A stretch of 64,000 nt of DNA from an uncultured Planctomycetia bacterium (lineage in GTDB: Bacteria; Omnitrophota; Gorgyraeia; 2-01-FULL-45-10; JAHFGN01): NCBI GenBank assembly GCA_964354545.1, contig CAYHAE010000002.1:3847-67846 (forward strand). The letters run 5' to 3'. The position numbers and the translations under genes were made by a program. This document shows positions 56,749 through 64,000 of the stretch, in pieces (the stretch's first letter is position 1; each line of letters begins with the position of its first letter). The notes beneath the pieces were generated by a model that had not been told where the DNA came from, made no database searches, and was given only the letters and a program-made list of their open reading frames with translations.

Positions 56749-57219
56749 ATGAAGACGCTCGTGATATTCTACTCGAGGACAGGGGTTACGAGGAAAGTGG
56801 CGGAGGCGATCTCCGATCTCCTTCGATGCGAAAGGGAAGAGATCGTTGATACAAAGGACAGGGCAGGGGCGATGGGGTATTTGCGGGCAGGGAGGGACGC
56901 GAGCTTGAAAAAGATCACGGAGATCAAAAAAGTGAAGAGCGACCCTTCGTCGTATGACATGGTCATCATCGGCACGCCGGTGTGGGCATTTACGATGTCC
57001 ACGCCGGTACGGACATACCTCCTGCAGAACAAGGGGCGCTTTAAAAAAGCGGCATTCTTCTGCACCCAGGGTGGCGCGGGCAACAAGGGCGCTTTCCGCG
57101 ATATGGAAGAGGCATCGGGAGTCAAACCCTGCGGCACATTCGTGCTCAAGACGGGAGAAATAGTCCGAGACGACTATCGGTCGGAGGTGAAACGGTTCGT
57201 TGAGGGCTTGAGCGCATAA
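56749..57219 (+). CDS. flavodoxin-like protein
   Basis: FYSRTGVT, IGTPVW, FFCT; AAGGAGG RBS. Confidence 0.85.
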   Translation: MKTLVIFYSRTGVTRKVAEAISDLLRCEREEIVDTKDRAGAMGYLRAGRDASLKKITEIKKVKSDPSSYDMVIIGTPVWAFTMSTPVRTYLLQNKGRFKKAAFFCTQGGAGNKGAFRDMEEASGVKPCGTFVLKTGEIVRDDYRSEVKRFVEGLSA

Positions 57220-57230
57220 GCGGATGAGAT

Positions 57231-57788
57231 ATGAATAGCAATATTATTTTACTTATAGCCCTAGGATTGGCGATGGATGCATTCGCAGCATCCATCGCGA
57301 GCGGTGTGACGATCACGCGGGACAAGGTGTATCACGCAATCCGTATCGCGTTCTCTTTCGGGTCTTTCCAGGCGCTCATGCCGCTTACAGGCTGGTATGC
57401 CGGATCCTGCGTAAGACAGTGTGTATCGGGCATCGACCACTGGATCGCATGCGGCATACTGAGCGCGATCGGCGCCAAAATGATCTATGACGGCGCGGTG
57501 GCGCGGCGGGAAGAGGATGCACGCGATCCGCTCAATGTCTCTATGCTGCTCATGCTCTCAGTCGCAACGAGCATCGATGCGTTCGCCGTCGGCATGAGCC
57601 TCTCCTTTTTGAACGTAGGAGTCTTGGGCCCCGCGCTTGTCATCGGGATGGTAACATTCGCGCTCTCTTTCATCGGAGTATTTGTCGGTACTCGATTCGG
57701 TCGCAAATTCGGGCGCAGGGTCGAGATTGCCGGAGGCCTTGTTTTAATTTTCATTGGCATCAAGATCGTGGCCGAGCATCTGGGCTGA
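57231..57788 (+). CDS. mntP: manganese efflux pump MntP
   Basis: LAMDAFA, FQALMP, DHWIA, ATSIDAFAVG. Confidence 0.92.
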   Translation: MNSNIILLIALGLAMDAFAASIASGVTITRDKVYHAIRIAFSFGSFQALMPLTGWYAGSCVRQCVSGIDHWIACGILSAIGAKMIYDGAVARREEDARDPLNVSMLLMLSVATSIDAFAVGMSLSFLNVGVLGPALVIGMVTFALSFIGVFVGTRFGRKFGRRVEIAGGLVLIFIGIKIVAEHLG

Positions 57789-57828
57789 CAGAACCCTTCC
57801 AAGACGATGAGCTGAGGAGGTGATTGTG

Positions 57829-58002
57829 ATGTTTGGGATCGGTATGCAGGAGCTTTTGGTAATACTCTTGATATGTCTTTTGATCTTTGGCGCGAGTAAA
57901 CTGCCCGAGATAGGGAAGGCATTGGGAAGGACCGTGCATGAGTTCAAGAAGGGCCTGAAGGAGACGGACTCGGGAGACGCCGGGGAGGAAAAGAAGAGTT
58001 AG
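57829..58002 (+). CDS. tatA: twin-arginine translocase TatA
   Basis: GIGMQEL...[16 protein letters not shown]...EFKK. Confidence 0.93.
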   Translation: MFGIGMQELLVILLICLLIFGASKLPEIGKALGRTVHEFKKGLKETDSGDAGEEKKS

Positions 58003-58019
58003 GTTATCGGGGCTGACCC

Positions 58020-58730
58020 ATGGATGAATTGACGGTGGTTGAACACCTTGAGGAACTTCGGCGAAGGATCATCGTAGCCATAAGCGCACTCATCGCGGCA
58101 AGCTGTCTCTCATTTCCGTTCGCATCGCGCATCCTTACGATCATTCAATCTCCGAGCGCCGGCCTGATCGACAAACTCGCATTCTTCAGCCCCCAGGAGG
58201 CCCTCGTCGTACATGTGAAGATATCGGTCTGCACAGGGATCGTGATATCGATGCCGGTATTATTGTACGAGATATGGGCTTTTCTCTCGCCGGCCCTTGA
58301 GAATAAGCGCAAGGTCCACGTTGTAGCGTTTCTCACTGCGTCCATGTGTGCGTTCATTGCGGGAAGCGCATTCGGTTTCTTTGTCATAATACCTCCCGTG
58401 TTGCGGTTCCTCCTCGGCTTTTCGAATAGCGCCCTGGAGCCCGTGATATCGATCTCCCACTACACATCGTTCGTGACGGTCCTGGTGCTGGGGTGCGGTG
58501 TCATTTTCGAGATGCCGGTCGTGAGTTACATACTCTCCAAGATCGGCATCATCAACCCGAAGGTCCTCCGAAGGGGCTGGAAATACGCTGTTGTAGGGAT
58601 ATTCATTATCGCGGCCATCGTAACCCCCACCCCCGATGCGTTCACTATGGTTGTCCTTGCGATTCCGATGCTCTTCCTCTATGAGCTGAGCATATGGGTT
58701 GCGTGGTGCGCGTACCCGCGCAGGCCATAG
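58020..58730 (+). CDS. tatC: twin-arginine translocase TatC
   Basis: HLEELRRR, WAFLSPAL, FEMPV, AAIVTPTPD, LYELSI. Confidence 0.93.
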   Translation: MDELTVVEHLEELRRRIIVAISALIAASCLSFPFASRILTIIQSPSAGLIDKLAFFSPQEALVVHVKISVCTGIVISMPVLLYEIWAFLSPALENKRKVHVVAFLTASMCAFIAGSAFGFFVIIPPVLRFLLGFSNSALEPVISISHYTSFVTVLVLGCGVIFEMPVVSYILSKIGIINPKVLRRGWKYAVVGIFIIAAIVTPTPDAFTMVVLAIPMLFLYELSIWVAWCAYPRRP

Positions 58731-58797
58731 CGCATTCGCATTGAACCGCAGATGCCTGCGTAAGCGCCGAAGGGGCAGCGCACGGGAATTTTAGTCC

Positions 58798-58826
58798 TTG
58801 AAATATTTCCGTGTCTGGCATATTAT
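58798..58826 (+). promoter_or_regulatory. sigma70-type promoter
   Basis: TTGAAA-17-TATTAT. Confidence 0.5.
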
Positions 58827-58904
58827 GAAGTGGGGGGGGGTAACGGGGTCGTCTTTGAAGGGAAGATGTTAACGGTGAGCTGCTCACTATAAAGGAGATG
58901 CGCG

Positions 58905-59747
58905 ATGACCAACGATCTTTTTTTAAGCCCCATAGAGGTATCGAGGGCCCTTAGGACTATCGGCGAAAAAAAGGCGGCCGCATCATTATACGAACTATTC
59001 ATCTTTGGGGTCCTTGCGGGGATATATATTGCGTTCGGCGCCAATGTCGCGACCGCTGTCGTGAGCGGAGGTACATTGGACGCGGGTTTCGCGCGATTTC
59101 TCTCCGGGAGCGTTTTCAGCGTCGGCCTCATGCTGGTGCTCATCCCGGGCTCGGAGCTATTCACGGGCAACATCCTCATGACCATAGGGTTTATTTACCG
59201 GAGATATTCGTTCATCAAGGTCTTGCGCAACTGGCTGGTCGTCTATTGCGGCAACCTATTGGGCGCGGTGGTCATCGCCTGGCTCGTATCGGGCTCCGGC
59301 TTTCTTGCTCACGCGGGCGGCGTATCCCCGATAGGGGCCGCGGCGATCAAGATCGCCGAGACCAAGCTGGGGTTAGGTTTTATGGAGGCGGTGTACCGGG
59401 GCATCTTGTGCAATATGCTCGTATGCCTTGCGGTCATAATGAGCATGGCCGCCAGAACGGTCACCGGTAAAATATTCGGGATCTATTTCCCGATCATGGC
59501 GTTCGTTGCGTCGGGATTCGAGCACTCTGTCGCCAATATGTACTTCTTGCCCGTCGGCCTTATGGCAAAAGGGGAATTCGCGTCGGGATTTCTTACCATT
59601 TTCAATAACCTCATCCCCGTCACTATCGGCAATATCATCGGCGGGCTGCTGATCGTTCTGCTGCACCCCAAGGTAGAGAAGAAGATCGCCGGACTTATTA
59701 TGGGAAAAAAGGAGACAGAGGGCGGGCCGCCTGGCGTGCGTGCGTAG
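58905..59747 (+). CDS. formate/nitrite transporter (FNT) family channel
   Basis: ELFTGN, GNLLG, CNMLVCLAV, FEHSVANM, GNIIGG. Confidence 0.93.
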   Translation: MTNDLFLSPIEVSRALRTIGEKKAAASLYELFIFGVLAGIYIAFGANVATAVVSGGTLDAGFARFLSGSVFSVGLMLVLIPGSELFTGNILMTIGFIYRRYSFIKVLRNWLVVYCGNLLGAVVIAWLVSGSGFLAHAGGVSPIGAAAIKIAETKLGLGFMEAVYRGILCNMLVCLAVIMSMAARTVTGKIFGIYFPIMAFVASGFEHSVANMYFLPVGLMAKGEFASGFLTIFNNLIPVTIGNIIGGLLIVLLHPKVEKKIAGLIMGKKETEGGPPGVRA

Positions 59748-59810
59748 GCGTCTGGCCGAAAGCGCGGCGCGATGGGTCGGCCACCGCTGTACGAAATCCC
59801 GTAAAAATCA

Positions 59811-59838
59811 TTGACATGCGAATCGGTTGTGCTATAAT
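59811..59838 (+). promoter_or_regulatory. consensus sigma70 promoter of gdhA
   Basis: TTGACA-16-TATAAT with TG extension. Confidence 0.8.
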
Positions 59839-59868
59839 CTTTTACGGTTGGCACGGTCTCATGGGTGC

Positions 59869-59933
59869 GACAAGGGTGGGCCGTGAGAGGACGATGGCGT
59901 CCCCAATGCTAAAAATGGGGACGTTTTTTATTT
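59869..59933 (+). promoter_or_regulatory. leader attenuator: ANTAR-like hexaloop hairpin(s) overlapping an intrinsic terminator
   Basis: GGAC-GATGGC-GTCC (59889-59902) overlaps terminator GCGTCCCCA/TGGGGACGT + TTTTT; upstream C-AAGGGT-G loop. Confidence 0.55.
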
Positions 59934-60018
59934 GATCTGGCGTGCCTCAAAAGCGGGCAGCGCGGTCAAGGGGCGGGGCGGTCGCTTAATGACTGAAACG
60001 GCATAGGAGGGAAAGGAA

Positions 60019-61356
60019 ATGTCAAAGAAGATCGAAGAATTTATGGCGAAGGTCATCGAGAAAAATCCCGGTGAAAGCGAATTCCACCAGGCGGTGCGGG
60101 AAGTGGTGGAGTCGGTAACGCCGTTCATCGAGAAGAATCCAAAATACCAGGAAGCCAAGATCCTGGAGAGGATGGTTGAGCCGGAACGGGTGATAATGTT
60201 CCGCGTTCCCTGGACGGACGATAAGGGCGAGGTCCAGATAAACAGGGGGTTCCGCATCGAGATGAGCAGCGCCATAGGGCCCTATAAAGGCGGTATACGT
60301 TTTCACCCCAGCGTAAACCTGGGGATACTGAAATTCCTGGCGTTTGAGCAGGTCTTCAAGAACAGTTTGACCACGTTGCCCATGGGTGGCGGGAAGGGCG
60401 GCTCCGATTTCGATCCCAAAGGAAAGTCGGACAACGAGGTGATGAGGTTCTGCCAGAGTTTTATGACGGAGCTGCAGCGGCACATCGGCCCCGATACGGA
60501 TGTGCCTGCGGGAGATATAGGCGTCGGCGGCCGCGAGATAGGGTACATGTTCGGTCAGTATAAAAGGCTGCGCAACGAATTCACGGGGGTCCTCACCGGC
60601 AAAGGGTTGAACTGGGGCGGCAGCCTGATCAGGCCTGAGGCGACAGGCTACGGGTGCGTCTATTTCGTCGAAGAGATGCTGAAGACGAGAGGGGAGTCTT
60701 TAAAAGGGAAGGTGTGCGTGCTCTCAGGCGCCGGCAACGTCACCCAGTACACCGCGGAAAAACTCATCCAGCTGGGCGCAAAGGTGGTGACGCTGTCGGA
60801 TTCCAACGGGTTCATCTACGACGAGAAAGGCATCGACATGAAAGAGTTGAAGTGCGCGCTCGAGATCAAGAACGTGAAACGGGGCCGCATAAAAGAATGC
60901 GCGAGCGAGTTCAGCTGCACGTACTCCGAGAACCAGCGCCCCTGGGGGGTGAAGTGTGACGTCGCGTTTCCAGGCGCAACGCAGAACGAGATAAGCGGGG
61001 ACGATGCGAAGACGTTGGTCAAGAACGGCTGCATCGCGATAGGCGAAGGCGCAAACATGCCCACCACCCCGGAAGGCATTAAGGTATTTCAGAAGGCAAA
61101 GATCCTCTATGCGCCCGGGAAAGCGGCGAACGCCGGCGGCGTCGCGACCTCTGGCCTCGAGATGTCACAGAACAGCATGAGGCTGTCGTGGTCCCGCGAA
61201 GAAGTCGATAAAAAACTGCGCGAGATCATGATCGCTATCCATGAGCAGTGCGTGAAGTACGGCAAAGAAGGCAAATACGTGAATTATGTGGATGGCGCCA
61301 ATATCGGAGGATTCGTAAAAGTGGCCGATGCCATGCTCGACCAGGGTCTGGTCTGA
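60019..61356 (+). CDS. gdhA: NADP-specific glutamate dehydrogenase
   Basis: GPYKGGIRFHPSV, LPMGGGKGGSDFDPKGKS, DVPAGDIGVG, RPEATGYG, EGANMP. Confidence 0.95.
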   Translation: MSKKIEEFMAKVIEKNPGESEFHQAVREVVESVTPFIEKNPKYQEAKILERMVEPERVIMFRVPWTDDKGEVQINRGFRIEMSSAIGPYKGGIRFHPSVNLGILKFLAFEQVFKNSLTTLPMGGGKGGSDFDPKGKSDNEVMRFCQSFMTELQRHIGPDTDVPAGDIGVGGREIGYMFGQYKRLRNEFTGVLTGKGLNWGGSLIRPEATGYGCVYFVEEMLKTRGESLKGKVCVLSGAGNVTQYTAEKLIQLGAKVVTLSDSNGFIYDEKGIDMKELKCALEIKNVKRGRIKECASEFSCTYSENQRPWGVKCDVAFPGATQNEISGDDAKTLVKNGCIAIGEGANMPTTPEGIKVFQKAKILYAPGKAANAGGVATSGLEMSQNSMRLSWSREEVDKKLREIMIAIHEQCVKYGKEGKYVNYVDGANIGGFVKVADAMLDQGLV

Positions 61357-61396
61357 TCCCGTTGCCAGACTTCCCCTACAATAGGATATAAATGCC

Positions 61397-61425
61397 TTGA
61401 CTTTTATTGACAAAAGAGAGATAAT
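61397..61425 (+). promoter_or_regulatory. sigma70-type promoter of carAB
   Basis: TTGACT-17-GATAAT. Confidence 0.55.
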
Positions 61426-61524
61426 TTTCACCAATTAGTGCGACAATGAGTACGCATAACGAATATGGGCGTGAGACGGCTGTAACATGAAGAGAGTGTC
61501 GTGTTTTCTTAGCAGTGATCCCTG

Positions 61525-61569
61525 AGGGCGGAGTTTTCTCCGCCCTTTTCGTTTTAAAAGGGCGGGGAG
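61525..61569 (+). terminator. leader terminator with an alternative competing hairpin
   Basis: AGGGCGGAG-TTTT-CTCCGCCCT + TTTCGTTTT; the 3' arm can instead pair with AAAAGGGCGGGG (61556-61567). Confidence 0.65.
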
Positions 61570-61598
61570 GGCGTGTGCCATTCAAAGAGGAGCGGAGT

Positions 61599-62717
61599 AT
61601 GAGAGCGCTATTAGTATTGGAAGATGGGAGCACATATGAGGGAAGATCTATAGGTGTGCAGGGAGAGAGGATCGGGGAAGTGGTCATGAATACCTCGGTC
61701 GTCGGGTACCAGGAGATGATGACGGACCCTGCACACGCGGGCAAGATCCTGGTCCTGACATACCCTCTCATAGGAAATTACGGCATTGCAAAAAAATTCA
61801 ACGAGTCCCGGAAGTGCTGGATAGAGGCGCTCGTCATAAAAGAGGAGAGCGCCATCGCTTCTAACTGGCAGTCCGAGGGAACGTTCGATGCGTTCCTCAA
61901 AGAGGAGGGTCTCTTTGCGCTAAGCGGGGTCGATACAAGGACCCTCGCGGTGCGGATCCGGGAGCGCGGCGAGATGCTCGGGATAATCTCGACAAAAGCA
62001 GCTGCGCGCACCAGGCTTGTGAATAGGTTGAAAACCCACAAGAAAAAAGGTCTCAAGAAGGATTTCATACGACAGATCTCTGTCGACAAGATCACGGAGG
62101 AGAAGGGGCGTTCGTCGTGTCCTCGCGTGGGCATCATAGACCTCGGGATGCCGCGCAGCTTCATTGCGCAGCTGAAGGCGCTCGGGTGTTCTACGGTCCT
62201 CATGCCCTACGACACGGATGCGCGCAGGGTCCTCTCTCTCGATCTCGACGGCCTCATCGTCTCCAGCGGACCCGAGGACGACGAGGCGATCCCTAAGGTC
62301 ACGAATACGGTGAGGTCGCTTATCGGCAAGGTCCCTCTCTTGGGCATCTCCACCGGCCACGAGATCATCTGTCGGGCGCGCGGATGGAAACTCAAAAAAA
62401 TGAAGACGGGCCATCGCGGCGTGAATTATCCGGTGTTGTCGCCAGGCTCGTTCAAGGGCGATATCACGGTGCAGAATCACTCCTTTGTGCTCGACGATCA
62501 TTCCATGAAACCGCGCGGGGACGCCACGATCACCCTGCGCAACGCGAATGACAGGACGGTCGAGGAGGTGGTGAGCGCATCGCTCAAATTCATCTCCGCT
62601 CAATACTACCCGGCGAGCCCGGGATTCGGCGAAGTGCACCCACTCTTCAAGAGATTCATCGTGCTGATGAAAGGAGCCAGGGAAAGGAATCCGGTATGCC
62701 AAAGCGCAAAGATATAA
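61599..62717 (+). CDS. carA: carbamoyl-phosphate synthase small subunit with degenerate glutaminase site
   Basis: [34 protein letters not shown]; catalytic motifs altered ([15 protein letters not shown]). Confidence 0.88.
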   Translation: MRALLVLEDGSTYEGRSIGVQGERIGEVVMNTSVVGYQEMMTDPAHAGKILVLTYPLIGNYGIAKKFNESRKCWIEALVIKEESAIASNWQSEGTFDAFLKEEGLFALSGVDTRTLAVRIRERGEMLGIISTKAAARTRLVNRLKTHKKKGLKKDFIRQISVDKITEEKGRSSCPRVGIIDLGMPRSFIAQLKALGCSTVLMPYDTDARRVLSLDLDGLIVSSGPEDDEAIPKVTNTVRSLIGKVPLLGISTGHEIICRARGWKLKKMKTGHRGVNYPVLSPGSFKGDITVQNHSFVLDDHSMKPRGDATITLRNANDRTVEEVVSASLKFISAQYYPASPGFGEVHPLFKRFIVLMKGARERNPVCQSAKI

Positions 62718-64000
62718 AGAAGATATTGATGATCGGTTCGGGTCCCATCGTCATTGGACAGGCCTGTGAATTCGACTATTCCGGCTCCCAGGCCTGCAAG
62801 GCGCTCCGCGAAGAGGGTTACTATACGATACTCGTCAACAGCAATCCGGCCACGATCATGACGGACCCGGGCATGGCGGATGTCACCTACATAGAGCCGC
62901 TTACCGTTGAGGTCCTCACCGAGATAATAAGGAAAGAGAGGCCGGACGCGATCCTGCCTACGCTCGGTGGTCAAACGGGGCTCAACCTTGCGTTCTTTTT
63001 GATGAAGGAAGGCGTGCTCAAGAAATACGGAGTCGAGTCGATAGGCGCGAGCGTGGACGCGATCTCGAGGGCCGAGGACAGAAAGCTTTTCAAGAAGGCG
63101 ATGCAGGAGATCGGCATCGACGTCCCAAAGAGCGGTATCGCGACGACCGTCGAGGAGGGCATGAAGATCGGCCTCGGCATCGGCTTCCCTCTCATCCTGA
63201 GGCCCGCGTATTGCCTGGGGGGCAGCGGAGGATCCACCGCCTATAACAAAGAGGAATTGAAAGAATATCTCGCGAAGGGTATCGAGATAAGCCCCGTCGG
63301 GCAGGTGCTCGTCGAGCAGTCGGTGCTCGGGTGGAAGGAGATAGAGTTCGAGGTGATGAGGGACTGCGTCGACAACGTGATCATGATCACCTCTATGGAA
63401 AACGTCGATCCTATGGGCGTTCATACCGGCGACAGCATCGTGGTGGCCCCGTCCCAGAGCCTCACGGACGAGGAATATGTGCAGTTCGTGAACCTCTCCA
63501 AAAAGATCATACGGAAGGTCGACATTACGGGCGGCGGCGCGAACATCCAGTTTGGGCAAAACCCGGACGATGGCCACATCGTCATCATCGAAGTCAACCC
63601 GCGCCTCTCCCGCAGCTCTGCGCTTGCCTCCAAGGCGACCGGCTTCCCGATCGCGCGGGTTGCCACAAAACTCGCGGTGGGCCTTACCCTGCCGGAGGTC
63701 CTCAACCAGATCACGGGGAAGACGGCCTCGTTCTTTGAGCCGACCGTCGATTACTGCGTCTTTAAGATATGCAGGTTCACCTTTGAAAAATTCCCGCAGG
63801 CGCAGAGGACCATCAATACCTCGATGAAGGCGGTCGGCGAGGCGATGTCCATCGGCCGTAATTTCCGGGAGGCGCTCCAGAAGGGGATACGGTCGACCGA
63901 GACAGGAAGGTTCGGGCTGGGTGCCGACGGGAAAGACAAGATCGCCGATGACATGCTGCGCAATGCCTCCCCGGACCTCGTGCAGGAGATAAAGGAGAAG
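62696..64000 (+). CDS. carB: carbamoyl-phosphate synthase large subunit (3'-truncated by window)
   Basis: [70 protein letters not shown]. Confidence 0.95.
   Translation, partial: MPKRKDIKKILMIGSGPIVIGQACEFDYSGSQACKALREEGYYTILVNSNPATIMTDPGMADVTYIEPLTVEVLTEIIRKERPDAILPTLGGQTGLNLAFFLMKEGVLKKYGVESIGASVDAISRAEDRKLFKKAMQEIGIDVPKSGIATTVEEGMKIGLGIGFPLILRPAYCLGGSGGSTAYNKEELKEYLAKGIEISPVGQVLVEQSVLGWKEIEFEVMRDCVDNVIMITSMENVDPMGVHTGDSIVVAPSQSLTDEEYVQFVNLSKKIIRKVDITGGGANIQFGQNPDDGHIVIIEVNPRLSRSSALASKATGFPIARVATKLAVGLTLPEVLNQITGKTASFFEPTVDYCVFKICRFTFEKFPQAQRTINTSMKAVGEAMSIGRNFREALQKGIRSTETGRFGLGADGKDKIADDMLRNASPDLVQEIKEK

Noticed and set aside
61599-62717. carA as a pseudogene
   Set aside because: No frameshift or stop, good RBS, overlap with carB, and changes concentrated on catalytic residues

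Overview
Gene-dense bacterial chromosomal segment with about 75 CDS. All lie on the + strand except a divergently transcribed ExeA/GspB-like pair. The PVC-signature small basic protein, the many PilZ proteins and the TIGR04073-like proteins suggest the PVC superphylum, probably Ca. Omnitrophota (inference). In order: the probable tail of ribosomal protein L17; a long operon of aminotransferase, LeuC/LeuD-like dehydratase, IDH-family dehydrogenase, mdh, lpdA, lipB, lipA, a stand-alone lipoyl domain, glycolipid enzymes, pcm and nlpD; nucleotide-pool genes; a degenerate HD-GYP sensor; a UvrD-nuclease fusion; aroB; five PilZ proteins; panD, def and csp; a K+ channel; GAF-ANTAR, nadE and pckG; PduO and class II RNR; mntP and tatAC; then FNT, gdhA, carA and a partial carB. 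I found no tRNA, rRNA, CRISPR array or transposase. Most notable: (1) a CarA with every glutaminase catalytic motif altered, next to gdhA whose leader has an ANTAR-like hairpin overlapping a terminator, suggesting an ammonia-driven carbamoyl-phosphate module; (2) a lipoylation module with E3 and a free lipoyl carrier but no E1/E2; (3) a degenerate HD-GYP coupled to a small winged-helix-like protein in a PilZ-rich region; (4) an unannotated rod-like ncRNA candidate; (5) a modular palindromic repeat family in 5' leaders. All calls come from motif recognition by eye; no database searches were run.
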